Origin: a virus | Length of the DNA: 44,919 bases | IMG/VR virus record: IMGVR_UViG_3300020202_000030 | Coordinates: 1 to 44,919 of that record | Strand: one strand, 5' to 3' | Shown: piece by piece, positions 1 through 6,951 of the stretch | Position numbering within the stretch: the first letter of the stretch is position 1 | Layout of the letters: each line of letters begins with the position of its first letter | Program-made: the position numbers and the translations under genes | The notes under the pieces: generated by a model | What the model saw: the letters and a program-made list of their open reading frames with translations, nothing else | Database searches by the model: none | Told to the model about the DNA's origin: nothing

Positions 1-127
1 GGATATTTGTGACTGCCGAAGAAATTATATTCTTAGTGAATTAGAGTCCATATTAAGAACAGAGAAAACTCAAACATGACCCAACACCCCCAAAAGAGTA
101 CGGAGGGGAAGAAGAGGAAGAGGCATA
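1..127. repeat. Terminal duplicate, copy 1 (identical to 44793-44919)
   Basis: Read directly: ggatatttgtgactgccg...gaagaggaagaggcata occurs at both window ends, 127/127 identical. Confidence 0.95.
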
Positions 128-219
128 GACATCGATATACAAAAAACTGGGGGAGTGTTAACGGTTTCTTGGCCTATGGGAGAAAGCAGTTTTGTGTATG
201 CGGAAAGAGGAAACCATGA
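76..219 (+). CDS. Hypothetical small basic protein, 47 aa (below ORF-track cutoff)
   Basis: Hand-translated MTQHPQKSTEGKKRKRHRHRYTKNWGSVNGFLAYGRKQFCVCGKRKP. Its ATG overlaps the stop of the gene ending at 44871 (ATGA, seen in the duplicate copy). Its TGA overlaps the ATG at 216. Confidence 0.3.
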   Translation: MTQHPQKSTEGKKRKRHRHRYTKNWGSVNGFLAYGRKQFCVCGKRKP

Positions 220-386
220 CTAAGAATAGTATGGAAAAGAAAGAATTAATAGAAAAATATGAAAAATATTCTTGCGGATGTTCAAAGTCTTTTAGGGTAA
301 ATGGATACAGAATCGATGGATTCAGTTTTCTTTGCTACGATCATGGGCTAGGCTCAATGATTTCACAAAAAAAGAGGAAACAATGA
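216..386 (+). CDS. Hypothetical protein, 56 aa
   Basis: Internal ATG of track ORF 192..386, preceded by AAGAGGAAA. ATGA overlap with the next gene. Confidence 0.4.
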   Translation: MTKNSMEKKELIEKYEKYSCGCSKSFRVNGYRIDGFSFLCYDHGLGSMISQKKRKQ

Positions 387-793
387 ATGACGGTTGGAAG
401 GCAATTTGGGAACAAGAATACAATGACCGTTTTGGCTTTTTAGATAGCATCATAGAAAAGCGTTGTATTCCAGGCGATAAAGGAACCAATTTTGGACATG
501 AGATAAGGGAATTTATAAGGGCAGAGATGAATTGCAGAGACGCCCTCATCTCCTCCCAGGCTGAAGAGATAAAGAAACTTCAAATAAAATGTGCAAATCT
601 AGATAAAATTTTAGGCTCTCTTGATGTCGAGAATCCAAATGCCACAGATGCACTTTTACAGACACTTACTATGCAGAAAGCTGAGATTGAGAGGTTGAGA
701 GGGGCGCTTGAAGTAATAGCTGCTGGCGACTGCATTGATTGTAATGCTGATAAACTCGCCAAATCCGCACTGGAAGGGAAGGGGGAGGGATGA
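383..793 (+). CDS. Hypothetical coiled-coil protein, 136 aa
   Basis: ATG at 383 inside track ORF 332..793, preceded by AAGAGGAAA. Heptad-like E/K/L-rich middle. Confidence 0.55.
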   Translation: MNDGWKAIWEQEYNDRFGFLDSIIEKRCIPGDKGTNFGHEIREFIRAEMNCRDALISSQAEEIKKLQIKCANLDKILGSLDVENPNATDALLQTLTMQKAEIERLRGALEVIAAGDCIDCNADKLAKSALEGKGEG

Positions 794-992
794 GATTAGT
801 TAGACAAGTCGCCATAGAGCGGAGACGGTGCGCACCAATGGGGGTAAACAAGCCACACCGATTGTAGCTTGCATCCTGATTGGACGAAGGCATAACCGGA
901 AGCTGTGCGCTGGACTGGGCATAGTAGCCTGAACGGATCGGAGTCCAACACGCCGGGAAGCAACCGGCACAAGTTTAATAAGGAGGTTTAGA
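794..992 (+). other. G+C-rich untranslated spacer, candidate structured RNA or cis site
   Basis: No credible ORF. About 58% G+C by hand count over 801-970, against clearly AT-richer flanks. 10-bp palindrome GGTGCGCACC at 827-836; hairpin GCCGG-n7-CCGGC at 952-968. Confidence 0.25.
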
Positions 993-1562
993 GTGAGTGA
1001 GCTTCATGAATTAACCGATAAGATCAAATACAATTTACTATCTGGCTCTGTAGAACGCACAAACTCCATTGTGCGGGAATATTTGAAGGGGTGTGTAAAG
1101 AAATGCGAGAAAGTTCATTGGGTTGATATTGGCCCCTGGTATCAAGGAAAGCCTTCTTTGACCGAACTCTTTAATAAAGCCCTCGGCCTCTCACCAAAGA
1201 CGGAGCCGACAGGTTATTGTTCAGCGCACCAAGAACCTAACGATAATTGCCGCACATGTTATCCGCCCAAGCAAGAACCGGATAAGAGTAAGTGGTGCAG
1301 TCATCTAACGTTTGGGGAGAACGGAAGTTGGTGGATTAAGCTTTCTAAGGATGACCAGTGGATTATCGCCAAAGAATATAATTTTTGCCCCATCTGCGCC
1401 GCCCCAAGACCGAAGCAATTGAGTGAGAGGGAGGAGTTGGCGGAGAAGTTTATAGATTTTATCTACAGAAAGATTAACAGGGTTCTTGGTATTACGCAGA
1501 GGAAAGAGTGTGCATTAGAGATGGCCGACATAGCCCTTGAGTTTATGAAGGAGAAGAGATGA
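993..1562 (+). CDS. Hypothetical Cys-rich protein, 189 aa
   Basis: GTG start 6 nt after AAGGAGG. Contains paired CxxC motifs (CRTC, CPIC). Confidence 0.6.
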   Translation: MSELHELTDKIKYNLLSGSVERTNSIVREYLKGCVKKCEKVHWVDIGPWYQGKPSLTELFNKALGLSPKTEPTGYCSAHQEPNDNCRTCYPPKQEPDKSKWCSHLTFGENGSWWIKLSKDDQWIIAKEYNFCPICAAPRPKQLSEREELAEKFIDFIYRKINRVLGITQRKECALEMADIALEFMKEKR

Positions 1563-1828
1563 AGCGGACGGTGGAGAGGATATTATCGAGTTATTGCAAC
1601 TCAACAAACTGTCATTGCCCTGAGATAAAAGCCGCGCTTAAAGAGTTGGTGTTGGGGTGTGTGCCGGACGAGCGTAAAGGTAAGCACTTAGGTCACTCAG
1701 AAGATGATGGCTACTGCTATAACTGTCAGGAAGTTGTGCCAGAAGATGAACGAAGTAGTTTTGGTGATTGGGCTTGGAACTCCTGCCGCACCGAAACAAT
1801 AAAGAGGATTGAGGAACTATTCAAATGA
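1559..1828 (+). CDS. Hypothetical Cys-rich protein, 89 aa
   Basis: ATGA overlap with the upstream gene. Motifs CNSTNCHC and CYNC. Confidence 0.55.
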   Translation: MKRTVERILSSYCNSTNCHCPEIKAALKELVLGCVPDERKGKHLGHSEDDGYCYNCQEVVPEDERSSFGDWAWNSCRTETIKRIEELFK

Positions 1829-2226
1829 GCGAGAGGAGTAATGAGGAGATAGCTAAACACCTATCCGGCAAATTGCTATGTATTAAAGGCCAGTTTAATT
1901 TACTGGAGGTGGTTGAAAAGTTAATCCTTGAAGCCCTAGACCAAAAAGACGCCGAATACCAAGCCAAGATAGCGGCGCTGGAAGAAGAGAATCAGCAGCT
2001 TAAGAATTTCTTTCGTTTGATAGATGAAGAGCGTGCAAAGTTTAAAGTTGCAGATTCAAAGCTAGTTATCTCGCTTCAGGCCAAACTCCACTCTCTCGAA
2101 AAAGTAGTAAGCGCCGCCAGATGGTACAAAGAAGCCTATTTTAATTCAACGGATAGTAATGAGAGGAATAAGACACGGGATAGGTTATGGGATGCGCTTC
2201 GTGAATATGAGGAGGGGAAGAGTTGA
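1825..2226 (+). CDS. Hypothetical coiled-coil protein, 133 aa
   Basis: ATGA overlap with the upstream gene. Long E/K/Q/L-rich helix-like stretch. Confidence 0.55.
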   Translation: MSERSNEEIAKHLSGKLLCIKGQFNLLEVVEKLILEALDQKDAEYQAKIAALEEENQQLKNFFRLIDEERAKFKVADSKLVISLQAKLHSLEKVVSAARWYKEAYFNSTDSNERNKTRDRLWDALREYEEGKS

Positions 2227-2242
2227 AGCTGTCACCACTGAT

Positions 2243-2389
2243 ATGCCTATCATCATCACTATCGCTTCTGTCGCTTTGATGTTTCCTGCTTCTAGGGGCG
2301 AATTAAAGCCAATGGTCCAAGTAATAAATCAGCTACAAGTTATTTATCTGATCTGGGTCATACATTGGGTGACTAGAAAAAATGGATGA
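2243..2389 (+). CDS. Possible small membrane protein, 48 aa
   Basis: Internal ATG of track ORF 2159..2389 (MPIIITIASVALMF...). Hydrophobic at both ends. Overlaps the next start by 8 nt. No clear SD. Confidence 0.25.
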   Translation: MPIIITIASVALMFPASRGELKPMVQVINQLQVIYLIWVIHWVTRKNG

Positions 2390-2606
2390 TACTTACCCAA
2401 TAGGAATAGGCGCGTGTCGGAGAGCTATTGAGAGGGCGCGTAAAGCTCTGAATGTAAATTACACACAAGAAACCGAAGAGATTAACCACGAACAGACTGA
2501 GATTATTAGCTCCTTAAGGAAAGTTATTAGGTTGAAATACGATCAGAAGCATATTCCGTTCGTGGCGTTTGCTTTGGATAGGATGAGGAAGAATGAAGAA
2601 AGGTAA
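2382..2606 (+). CDS. Hypothetical protein, 74 aa
   Basis: Track ORF in the co-directional gene run. Confidence 0.45.
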   Translation: MDDTYPIGIGACRRAIERARKALNVNYTQETEEINHEQTEIISSLRKVIRLKYDQKHIPFVAFALDRMRKNEER

Positions 2607-2784
2607 AGCTTCAGTTCCAGTATATGTTTATCTCGTGCCAAAGAAGAAGTGGCCGAAGAAAGTTAAAACCCACTACGTCGATCAGTATGGGATTGCTTTT
2701 GATGTTGATGCTAAGACAGGCAAACTTGTGGGGTATGAGTTTTTGGATTGTTATGGGGTAGAGATTAATGGCAAGGAAGTTTAA
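2593..2784 (+). CDS. Hypothetical protein, 63 aa
   Basis: Track ORF. Overlaps the upstream gene by 14 nt. Confidence 0.45.
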   Translation: MKKGKASVPVYVYLVPKKKWPKKVKTHYVDQYGIAFDVDAKTGKLVGYEFLDCYGVEINGKEV

Positions 2785-2855
2785 CTGCTCACACGACTAC
2801 TGCAAGCGCGAGGGGAATAATTGGCGCTGCTTGACGTGTAATATGTATCCCGCCC

Positions 2856-3032
2856 TCATTTGGCTTGATCTGTCGCTCGAACGCTTAACTCCTTCAGTCT
2901 CTTAATCTCATCCGTGTAAGTCTTAATAAGTCCTATATAACTAAACTGTTTCCGACACTTAGAGCAGTCGAAATAGGTATGCTCCCTATCATCTTTCATT
3001 AATAGGTTATTCAAGCAATAAGGACAAAGCAT
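2856..3032 (-). CDS. Zinc-ribbon protein, 58 aa
   Basis: Internal ATG of track ORF 2856..3080, preceded by GGAGATAAT. CPYC...CSKC pair. Confidence 0.5.
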   Translation of the reverse strand: MLCPYCLNNLLMKDDREHTYFDCSKCRKQFSYIGLIKTYTDEIKRLKELSVRATDQAK

Positions 3033-3209
3033 ATTATCTCCTTGTAGATGTGTATATGTACTACACATGTTATCGAGCAAAAAAAATTCATTACCACCAG
3101 CTAACTTTCTTCTTTATATGAGGCATGTTTTTATTACAGAAACAAGTGCCGACATATTGGGGAGGATGGCCGAATTTGACGATGTAGATTGGGTGGCCGG
3201 TGGATTGAG

Positions 3210-3440
3210 TCATTTAACCCTCTTCATATAACGAATAGTGTCATCTCGGAGCTTCTCGTTATTAACTAAATGCTCTAAGAATTCATTCAACTGTTCTAAT
3301 TTAGCCCAAGCAGCGAAAGGAATAGCAAGCCACTCTTCCGGTGATTCGCAAGCTTTAAACTCTTTTATAACCTCAAGCGCAATTGCTAGTTCTTTCTTTG
3401 ATCGTTTTGTTTTTAGGAAGTCGGTTATTTTCTTACTCAT
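3210..3440 (-). CDS. Hypothetical protein, 76 aa
   Basis: Track ORF. 8-nt overlap with the upstream gene of the leftward operon. Confidence 0.5.
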   Translation of the reverse strand: MSKKITDFLKTKRSKKELAIALEVIKEFKACESPEEWLAIPFAAWAKLEQLNEFLEHLVNNEKLRDDTIRYMKRVK

Positions 3441-3771
3441 GCTTCACCTGCCACTTCTTAACCATTTCCTCATGCCCTTTAATCGCTTCTTCTAGGGTTG
3501 AGTATCGGTCCATGTCGAGATCATTTCCTTTGCCATCCTCATCAAACACCATAGTTTCAAATATTATTGGCGGTCCAGTAAGTCGCCAGTTATGATCCAA
3601 TCCTAACCACACCGTTGATACTTTGCCGCCCCAGGGTAGGTTAGTTAGAGCGATGCGTTTATAGTTGAAATCTCTAAGCAATTCTTCCCATTCCAGCATA
3701 TTCTTAATTGGCTTACCTTCTTTGTCATAGACTCGAACTATAAGGTTACTTTCTTCACGGTTATTCTTCAT
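3433..3771 (-). CDS. Conserved phage protein of unknown function, 112 aa
   Basis: Track ORF. The STVWLGLDH...IFETMVF...RY-T-EEA--GH pattern is one I recall from many phage hypotheticals. Confidence 0.6.
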   Translation of the reverse strand: MKNNREESNLIVRVYDKEGKPIKNMLEWEELLRDFNYKRIALTNLPWGGKVSTVWLGLDHNWRLTGPPIIFETMVFDEDGKGNDLDMDRYSTLEEAIKGHEEMVKKWQVKHE

Positions 3772-3784
3772 GTTTGCGCCTCAG

Positions 3785-4024
3785 CTATTCCCTATAATCG
3801 TCATAAATTTCAATTTCATCATTCTCCTTAACAATAATAGGTCCCCATTCCTTTACAAAAGACATTAGATCTTCAAGGGTATTGATTTCTATTGTTGCGT
3901 CTTGGTCGTAATCAACATAATTATTCTTTTTAATTTTAAAGCCAAGAGTCTTAAGTTTCTTGGCGTAATCTGCATCTGGAAAATGCATTGAATTGGACAG
4001 CTTAAATTTCATATCGCTCACCAT
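3785..4024 (-). CDS. Hypothetical protein, 79 aa
   Basis: Track ORF in the leftward operon. Confidence 0.5.
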   Translation of the reverse strand: MVSDMKFKLSNSMHFPDADYAKKLKTLGFKIKKNNYVDYDQDATIEINTLEDLMSFVKEWGPIIVKENDEIEIYDDYRE

Positions 4025-4030
4025 TCTCCA

Positions 4031-4321
4031 TTAGTGGGTGTCCTTTGTTCTAAATTGTTCAAGCCAACGCTGTACCTTCTCTGGCGATCCTTGTGAAGCT
4101 GCTGGCAAATAGTTATACATAAAGCCTACAATTTCCCTTAAGTGACGAATGTTGATATGATCCGCTCTGCCAATAGCTCCTTTTAAATCATTCTCAAGCA
4201 CAGCCGTTAAGAATCCACCTGGTTCGATCCCATGAAAGACGTAGAACTCAAAGGCATCGATCATGTGCTCAGGGACACCGTATCTTCTGGCTTCTTCTTG
4301 AAACTTTTCATTGCGTTCCAT
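4031..4321 (-). CDS. Hypothetical protein, 96 aa
   Basis: Internal ATG (MERNEKF...) of track ORF 4031..4399, preceded by AAAGGA. It abuts the stop of the upstream gene at 4324. Confidence 0.5.
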   Translation of the reverse strand: MERNEKFQEEARRYGVPEHMIDAFEFYVFHGIEPGGFLTAVLENDLKGAIGRADHINIRHLREIVGFMYNYLPAASQGSPEKVQRWLEQFRTKDTH

Positions 4322-4323
4322 TG

Positions 4324-4614
4324 TTAGTCCTTTGTGTGGGATTGGGCTTTGGCTATTAACTTTGCTAATTCGCGTCCCTTCGATGATAGTGGAGCGCACA
4401 ATGCATATTCTTTCACAAGCCAGTCGTACATTTCGGGAGCAGCGGCGATTAGGGCGGCGTTGGCTTCGGTTTCCTCATTATCGCGGCCATTAGCATTAAC
4501 TAAAATAGCAATGCCTTGACCATTAGGCGCAAGGATTCTCTTTTCGCCTTCTGGTGTATGCCAAACATCTACTTTCCACGGTCCTGGTGTATGCTTCATT
4601 GGTTTAGTTTTCAT
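4324..4614 (-). CDS. Conserved phage protein of unknown function, 96 aa
   Basis: Track ORF. GPW ... ANAALIAAAPEMY motif, common in phage hypotheticals as far as I recall. Confidence 0.55.
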   Translation of the reverse strand: MKTKPMKHTPGPWKVDVWHTPEGEKRILAPNGQGIAILVNANGRDNEETEANAALIAAAPEMYDWLVKEYALCAPLSSKGRELAKLIAKAQSHTKD

Positions 4615-4638
4615 TGGCGCACCTCCAAAAAGTTATTA

Positions 4639-4902
4639 TTAAGCCTCATCATTTGTTTTTGTCGGATCTGTTTTGTCTTTGTACCATGAAGATCCAAGCG
4701 ATGATGATGCTTTGTCAAGCCATAATTGTGTATCTCTCTCAAGTTGTCCAAGCGGCATTAATGGGTTGGGTGAAATTGGCATGATAATCTTCAGCAATTG
4801 GTTGCGCTTAACCTGTTGTTCTTTAATAGCATCTTCGTACGTCTTTATCGCTATTAAGTAGCCTGCCCAAATACCCACCAATAAAGTTAGAATGTAATAC
4901 AT
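4639..4902 (-). CDS. Small membrane protein, 87 aa
   Basis: Track ORF with an N-terminal hydrophobic helix (YYILTLLVGIWAGYLIAI). Confidence 0.5.
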   Translation of the reverse strand: MYYILTLLVGIWAGYLIAIKTYEDAIKEQQVKRNQLLKIIMPISPNPLMPLGQLERDTQLWLDKASSSLGSSWYKDKTDPTKTNDEA

Positions 4903-5069
4903 TTTAAATGCTCGCAGTTTTTATGCTTTGTTTCATACCAGCAAATTTCAGATTCATTGGCACCGGATATCTTTGCTGATTTAAACTTAGCGGCATAATC
5001 GTTAGCTTTTTCAAAATTTCGGAAGAATTTCACTCTTAGCGCATTATCTACTTTCCATAACTCTTTCAT
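4887..5069 (-). CDS. Hypothetical protein, 60 aa
   Basis: Track ORF, preceded by GGAGGG on the minus strand. Confidence 0.5.
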   Translation of the reverse strand: MKELWKVDNALRVKFFRNFEKANDYAAKFKSAKISGANESEICWYETKHKNCEHLKCITF

Positions 5070-5251
5070 AATCGCACCCTCCTAAGAAGTTGTTAGTTAA
5101 TCGATTGTTGGACGTTCAACCTTATTACTGCTTGAAAAGCCGGTAGAGGGTCGCTGGCCGCCAACTTTACATAGCTATACATCATGAAATTAAATAGATT
5201 AAAGCTATGTTAATCCCGATCCCAACGCCGAGCAAGAAGAAAAGCCAGTCT

Positions 5252-5386
5252 CTAGGCGACATGGTTAATCATCCTGTTTCGGTTCCTATCGAGCAATTGA
5301 AGGGCAGACTTTAACTTAACGTAGGTTTTAATCTGTCCTCTTGAATACGCTGTTACTAGGATTAGATAAGTTTGATCTGGGTTCAT
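5252..5386 (-). CDS. Hypothetical protein, 44 aa (below cutoff)
   Basis: Hand-translated MNPDQTYLILVTAYSRGQIKTYVKLKSALQLLDRNRNRMINHVA. GGAGGACAAATAA lies before the ATG. The start abuts the stop of the upstream ORF. Confidence 0.4.
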   Translation of the reverse strand: MNPDQTYLILVTAYSRGQIKTYVKLKSALQLLDRNRNRMINHVA

Positions 5387-5518
5387 TTATTTGTCCTCCA
5401 TTTTAAAGTTGAATCGCAACTGTCCGCGATCTATTGATAGTGTGATTTGATCAGTCTCCGCTTCATCCATTGCTTCGATGAAGGTTTTTAGTTCCGCTCG
5501 GGTTAGGGTTAGGTTCAT
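5387..5518 (-). CDS. Hypothetical protein, 43 aa (below cutoff)
   Basis: Hand-translated MNLTLTRAELKTFIEAMDEAETDQITLSIDRGQLRFNFKMEDK. GGAGACAAACTAA lies before the ATG. Stop and start are contiguous with both neighbours. Confidence 0.4.
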   Translation of the reverse strand: MNLTLTRAELKTFIEAMDEAETDQITLSIDRGQLRFNFKMEDK

Positions 5519-5686
5519 TTAGTTTGTCTCCTTTACGTTGCATGCTTCATTCCACTTTGACCAATTAAAGCGATCATTAATTCCAGCGCATACTTCACCG
5601 ATTGTTTGAGCTAGATGCTTTCTTGTGCCGTTTTCAGTGACTTTTGCGATTGCTTTGGCTAACTCGTTGAAGTGCTTTCTTGACAT
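5519..5686 (-). CDS. Hypothetical protein, 55 aa (below cutoff)
   Basis: Hand-translated MSRKHFNELAKAIAKVTENGTRKHLAQTIGEVCAGINDRFNWSKWNEACNVKETN. GGAGATAAGACA lies before the ATG. Confidence 0.45.
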   Translation of the reverse strand: MSRKHFNELAKAIAKVTENGTRKHLAQTIGEVCAGINDRFNWSKWNEACNVKETN

Positions 5687-5733
5687 TGTCTTATCTCCTT
5701 ATTTATGGTTTATAGGGCACAATAAATCCGCGC

Positions 5734-5904
5734 TTACTCCAAATTACTAAAAGCTATTGCCTCTTGTTCTCCGCTTAATTCAAAGATACGTGTATTAACA
5801 TGCTTGCGGCTTGTCAGATCATGCTTGCGTATTAATTCGAGCGCATTTTTCGCAATATGCACTTCGATTCGTCCATCATCATATTTGAGTTTAAATGCCT
5901 TCAT
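5734..5904 (-). CDS. Hypothetical protein, 56 aa (below cutoff)
   Basis: Hand-translated MKAFKLKYDDGRIEVHIAKNALELIRKHDLTSRKHVNTRIFELSGEQEAIAFSNLE. AAGGAGATAAGAA lies before the ATG. Confidence 0.45.
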   Translation of the reverse strand: MKAFKLKYDDGRIEVHIAKNALELIRKHDLTSRKHVNTRIFELSGEQEAIAFSNLE

Positions 5905-5952
5905 TTCTTATCTCCTTAATTATTCCTTTATGGTTCACTAGACACAAAAAAA

Positions 5953-6099
5953 CTACTTCGATTGTTTCCTAAAATACTCCGATAATATTTCGTCCAGTAC
6001 ATCACTCACTGGCTTCTTATCATCGGCTGATTTGTACTTTAATCGCTTCATATTCTCTTCACTTATCATCAGTGTTGTCTTCACTTTCTCGCTTGGCAT
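5953..6099 (-). CDS. Ribbon-helix-helix-like regulator, 48 aa; first gene of the leftward operon
   Basis: Hand-translated MPSEKVKTTLMISEENMKRLKYKSADDKKPVSDVLDEILSEYFRKQSK, a beta-strand plus two helices pattern. No SD. TTGACC-17-ATTATT-5-ATG geometry suggests a leaderless mRNA. Confidence 0.45.
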   Translation of the reverse strand: MPSEKVKTTLMISEENMKRLKYKSADDKKPVSDVLDEILSEYFRKQSK

Positions 6100-6167
6100 A
6101 CTAGAATAATACCATATTTAAGGGGATGGTCAAGGACTAAATTAAGATTTTGGCTATCGCTTTACAA

Positions 6168-6181
6168 CACTATATATAGTG
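6168..6181. promoter_or_regulatory. 14-bp perfect palindrome CACTATATATAGTG in the divergent control region
   Basis: Read directly. It lies between the leftward operon start (6099) and the terS start (6220). Confidence 0.35.
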
Positions 6182-6219
6182 GTTAATAATTGACAATATA
6201 CTATTAGTGGAGTAAAAAT

Positions 6220-6714
6220 ATGATTATGATTATGCCAACGGATTCAAGTCCGCTCAATGCTGATCCGCTCACACTGCTAAGTGAGAAGCAAAAACTGTTC
6301 ATTGAAAGTTACATTGTTGATAAAAACGGCACAAAAGCTGCTATTCATGCCGGATATTCCGCTAAGTTTGCTCATATTGAAGCAAGCCGCATGTTAAAGC
6401 GTCCTAACGTAAAGGCCGCTATTGAGGCTATTTTGTTTCAACAAAACAAGGAATATAGGCGTCATTTGATGTCGAAAGAGGACTTCGTTGGCAAAGCGAT
6501 GGATAAATTCGAGTCGAATGCGGTTCCTGAGGCTGTAAAACCAAGATATTTGGAAATTGGTGGTCGCGCTCTAGGTTATATTGGCGCAAGTGCTGATGTT
6601 TCAACAACTAACAACACGCAGATAAATATAACTAACAAATTGGAGATCAACGGACTATCAACCGATCAGATTTTGGAAAAGGTTAAAGGTTTGTTGGATG
6701 ACCAATCGAAGTGA
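6220..6714 (+). CDS. terS: Terminase small subunit (Terminase_2-like)
   Basis: LSEKQKLFIESYIVDKNGTKAAIHAGYSAKFAHIEASRMLKRPNVKAAIEA matches the classic small-terminase HTH signature. Located upstream of terL. Confidence 0.85.
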   Translation: MIMIMPTDSSPLNADPLTLLSEKQKLFIESYIVDKNGTKAAIHAGYSAKFAHIEASRMLKRPNVKAAIEAILFQQNKEYRRHLMSKEDFVGKAMDKFESNAVPEAVKPRYLEIGGRALGYIGASADVSTTNNTQINITNKLEINGLSTDQILEKVKGLLDDQSK

Positions 6715-6787
6715 GCACACAATTGAGCATGGACAAAACTTTACTTTACAACCCTTTACATATCAATCACTTGGCAAAGTAACAATG

Positions 6788-6804
6788 AAAGCTTGTCAAG
6801 CTTT
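6788..6804. promoter_or_regulatory. 17-bp palindrome AAAGCTTG-T-CAAGCTTT in the terS-terL gap
   Basis: Read directly. The 1-nt centre argues for a protein-binding site rather than an RNA hairpin. Confidence 0.3.
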
Positions 6805-6819
6805 GAACGTGAGAAATTA

Positions 6820-6951
6820 ATGGGACAAATATTAGGGACATTAAGGCCGGCCCCACCCCGCGAAGACGGGAGTACCCTCATATATATAAGGCTCGTTCGA
6901 AAGTTTTACAATTTTTTTAAACTCAGTAAAACGTACCAATACTCAGCTTGA
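6820..6951 (+). CDS. Possible 43-aa ORF coupled to terL
   Basis: Hand-translated MGQILGTLRPAPPREDGSTLIYIRLVRKFYNFFKLSKTYQYSA. Its TGA overlaps the TTG start of terL (TTGA). No SD seen. Confidence 0.25.
   Translation: MGQILGTLRPAPPREDGSTLIYIRLVRKFYNFFKLSKTYQYSA

Noticed and set aside
2159-2389. Full-length 76-aa track ORF
   Set aside because: Its 5' third overlaps the preceding gene out of frame. Only the internal MPIIIT... portion (2243-2389) is plausible, and even that has low confidence.
2785-2855. Possible bidirectional terminator where the rightward and leftward early operons converge
   Set aside because: Only an imperfect 8-bp stem with a bulge and a 14-nt loop (CAAGCGCG...CGCTGCTTG) is present, with no U-tract on either strand. 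This is not convincing.
3081-3209. 129-nt gap in the leftward operon, searched for a small gene or RNA
   Set aside because: It contains only 11-21-codon ORFs with poor or mis-spaced SDs, and no obvious hairpins or repeats. It is left unannotated.
6190-6219. Perfect TTGACA at 6190-6195 as a terS promoter
   Set aside because: With a 17-18-nt spacer the -10 would be TAAAAA/AAAAAT ending at 6218-6219. That places the transcript start inside or after the terS ATG at 6220 and downstream of its SD, which is not functional geometry for this gene.
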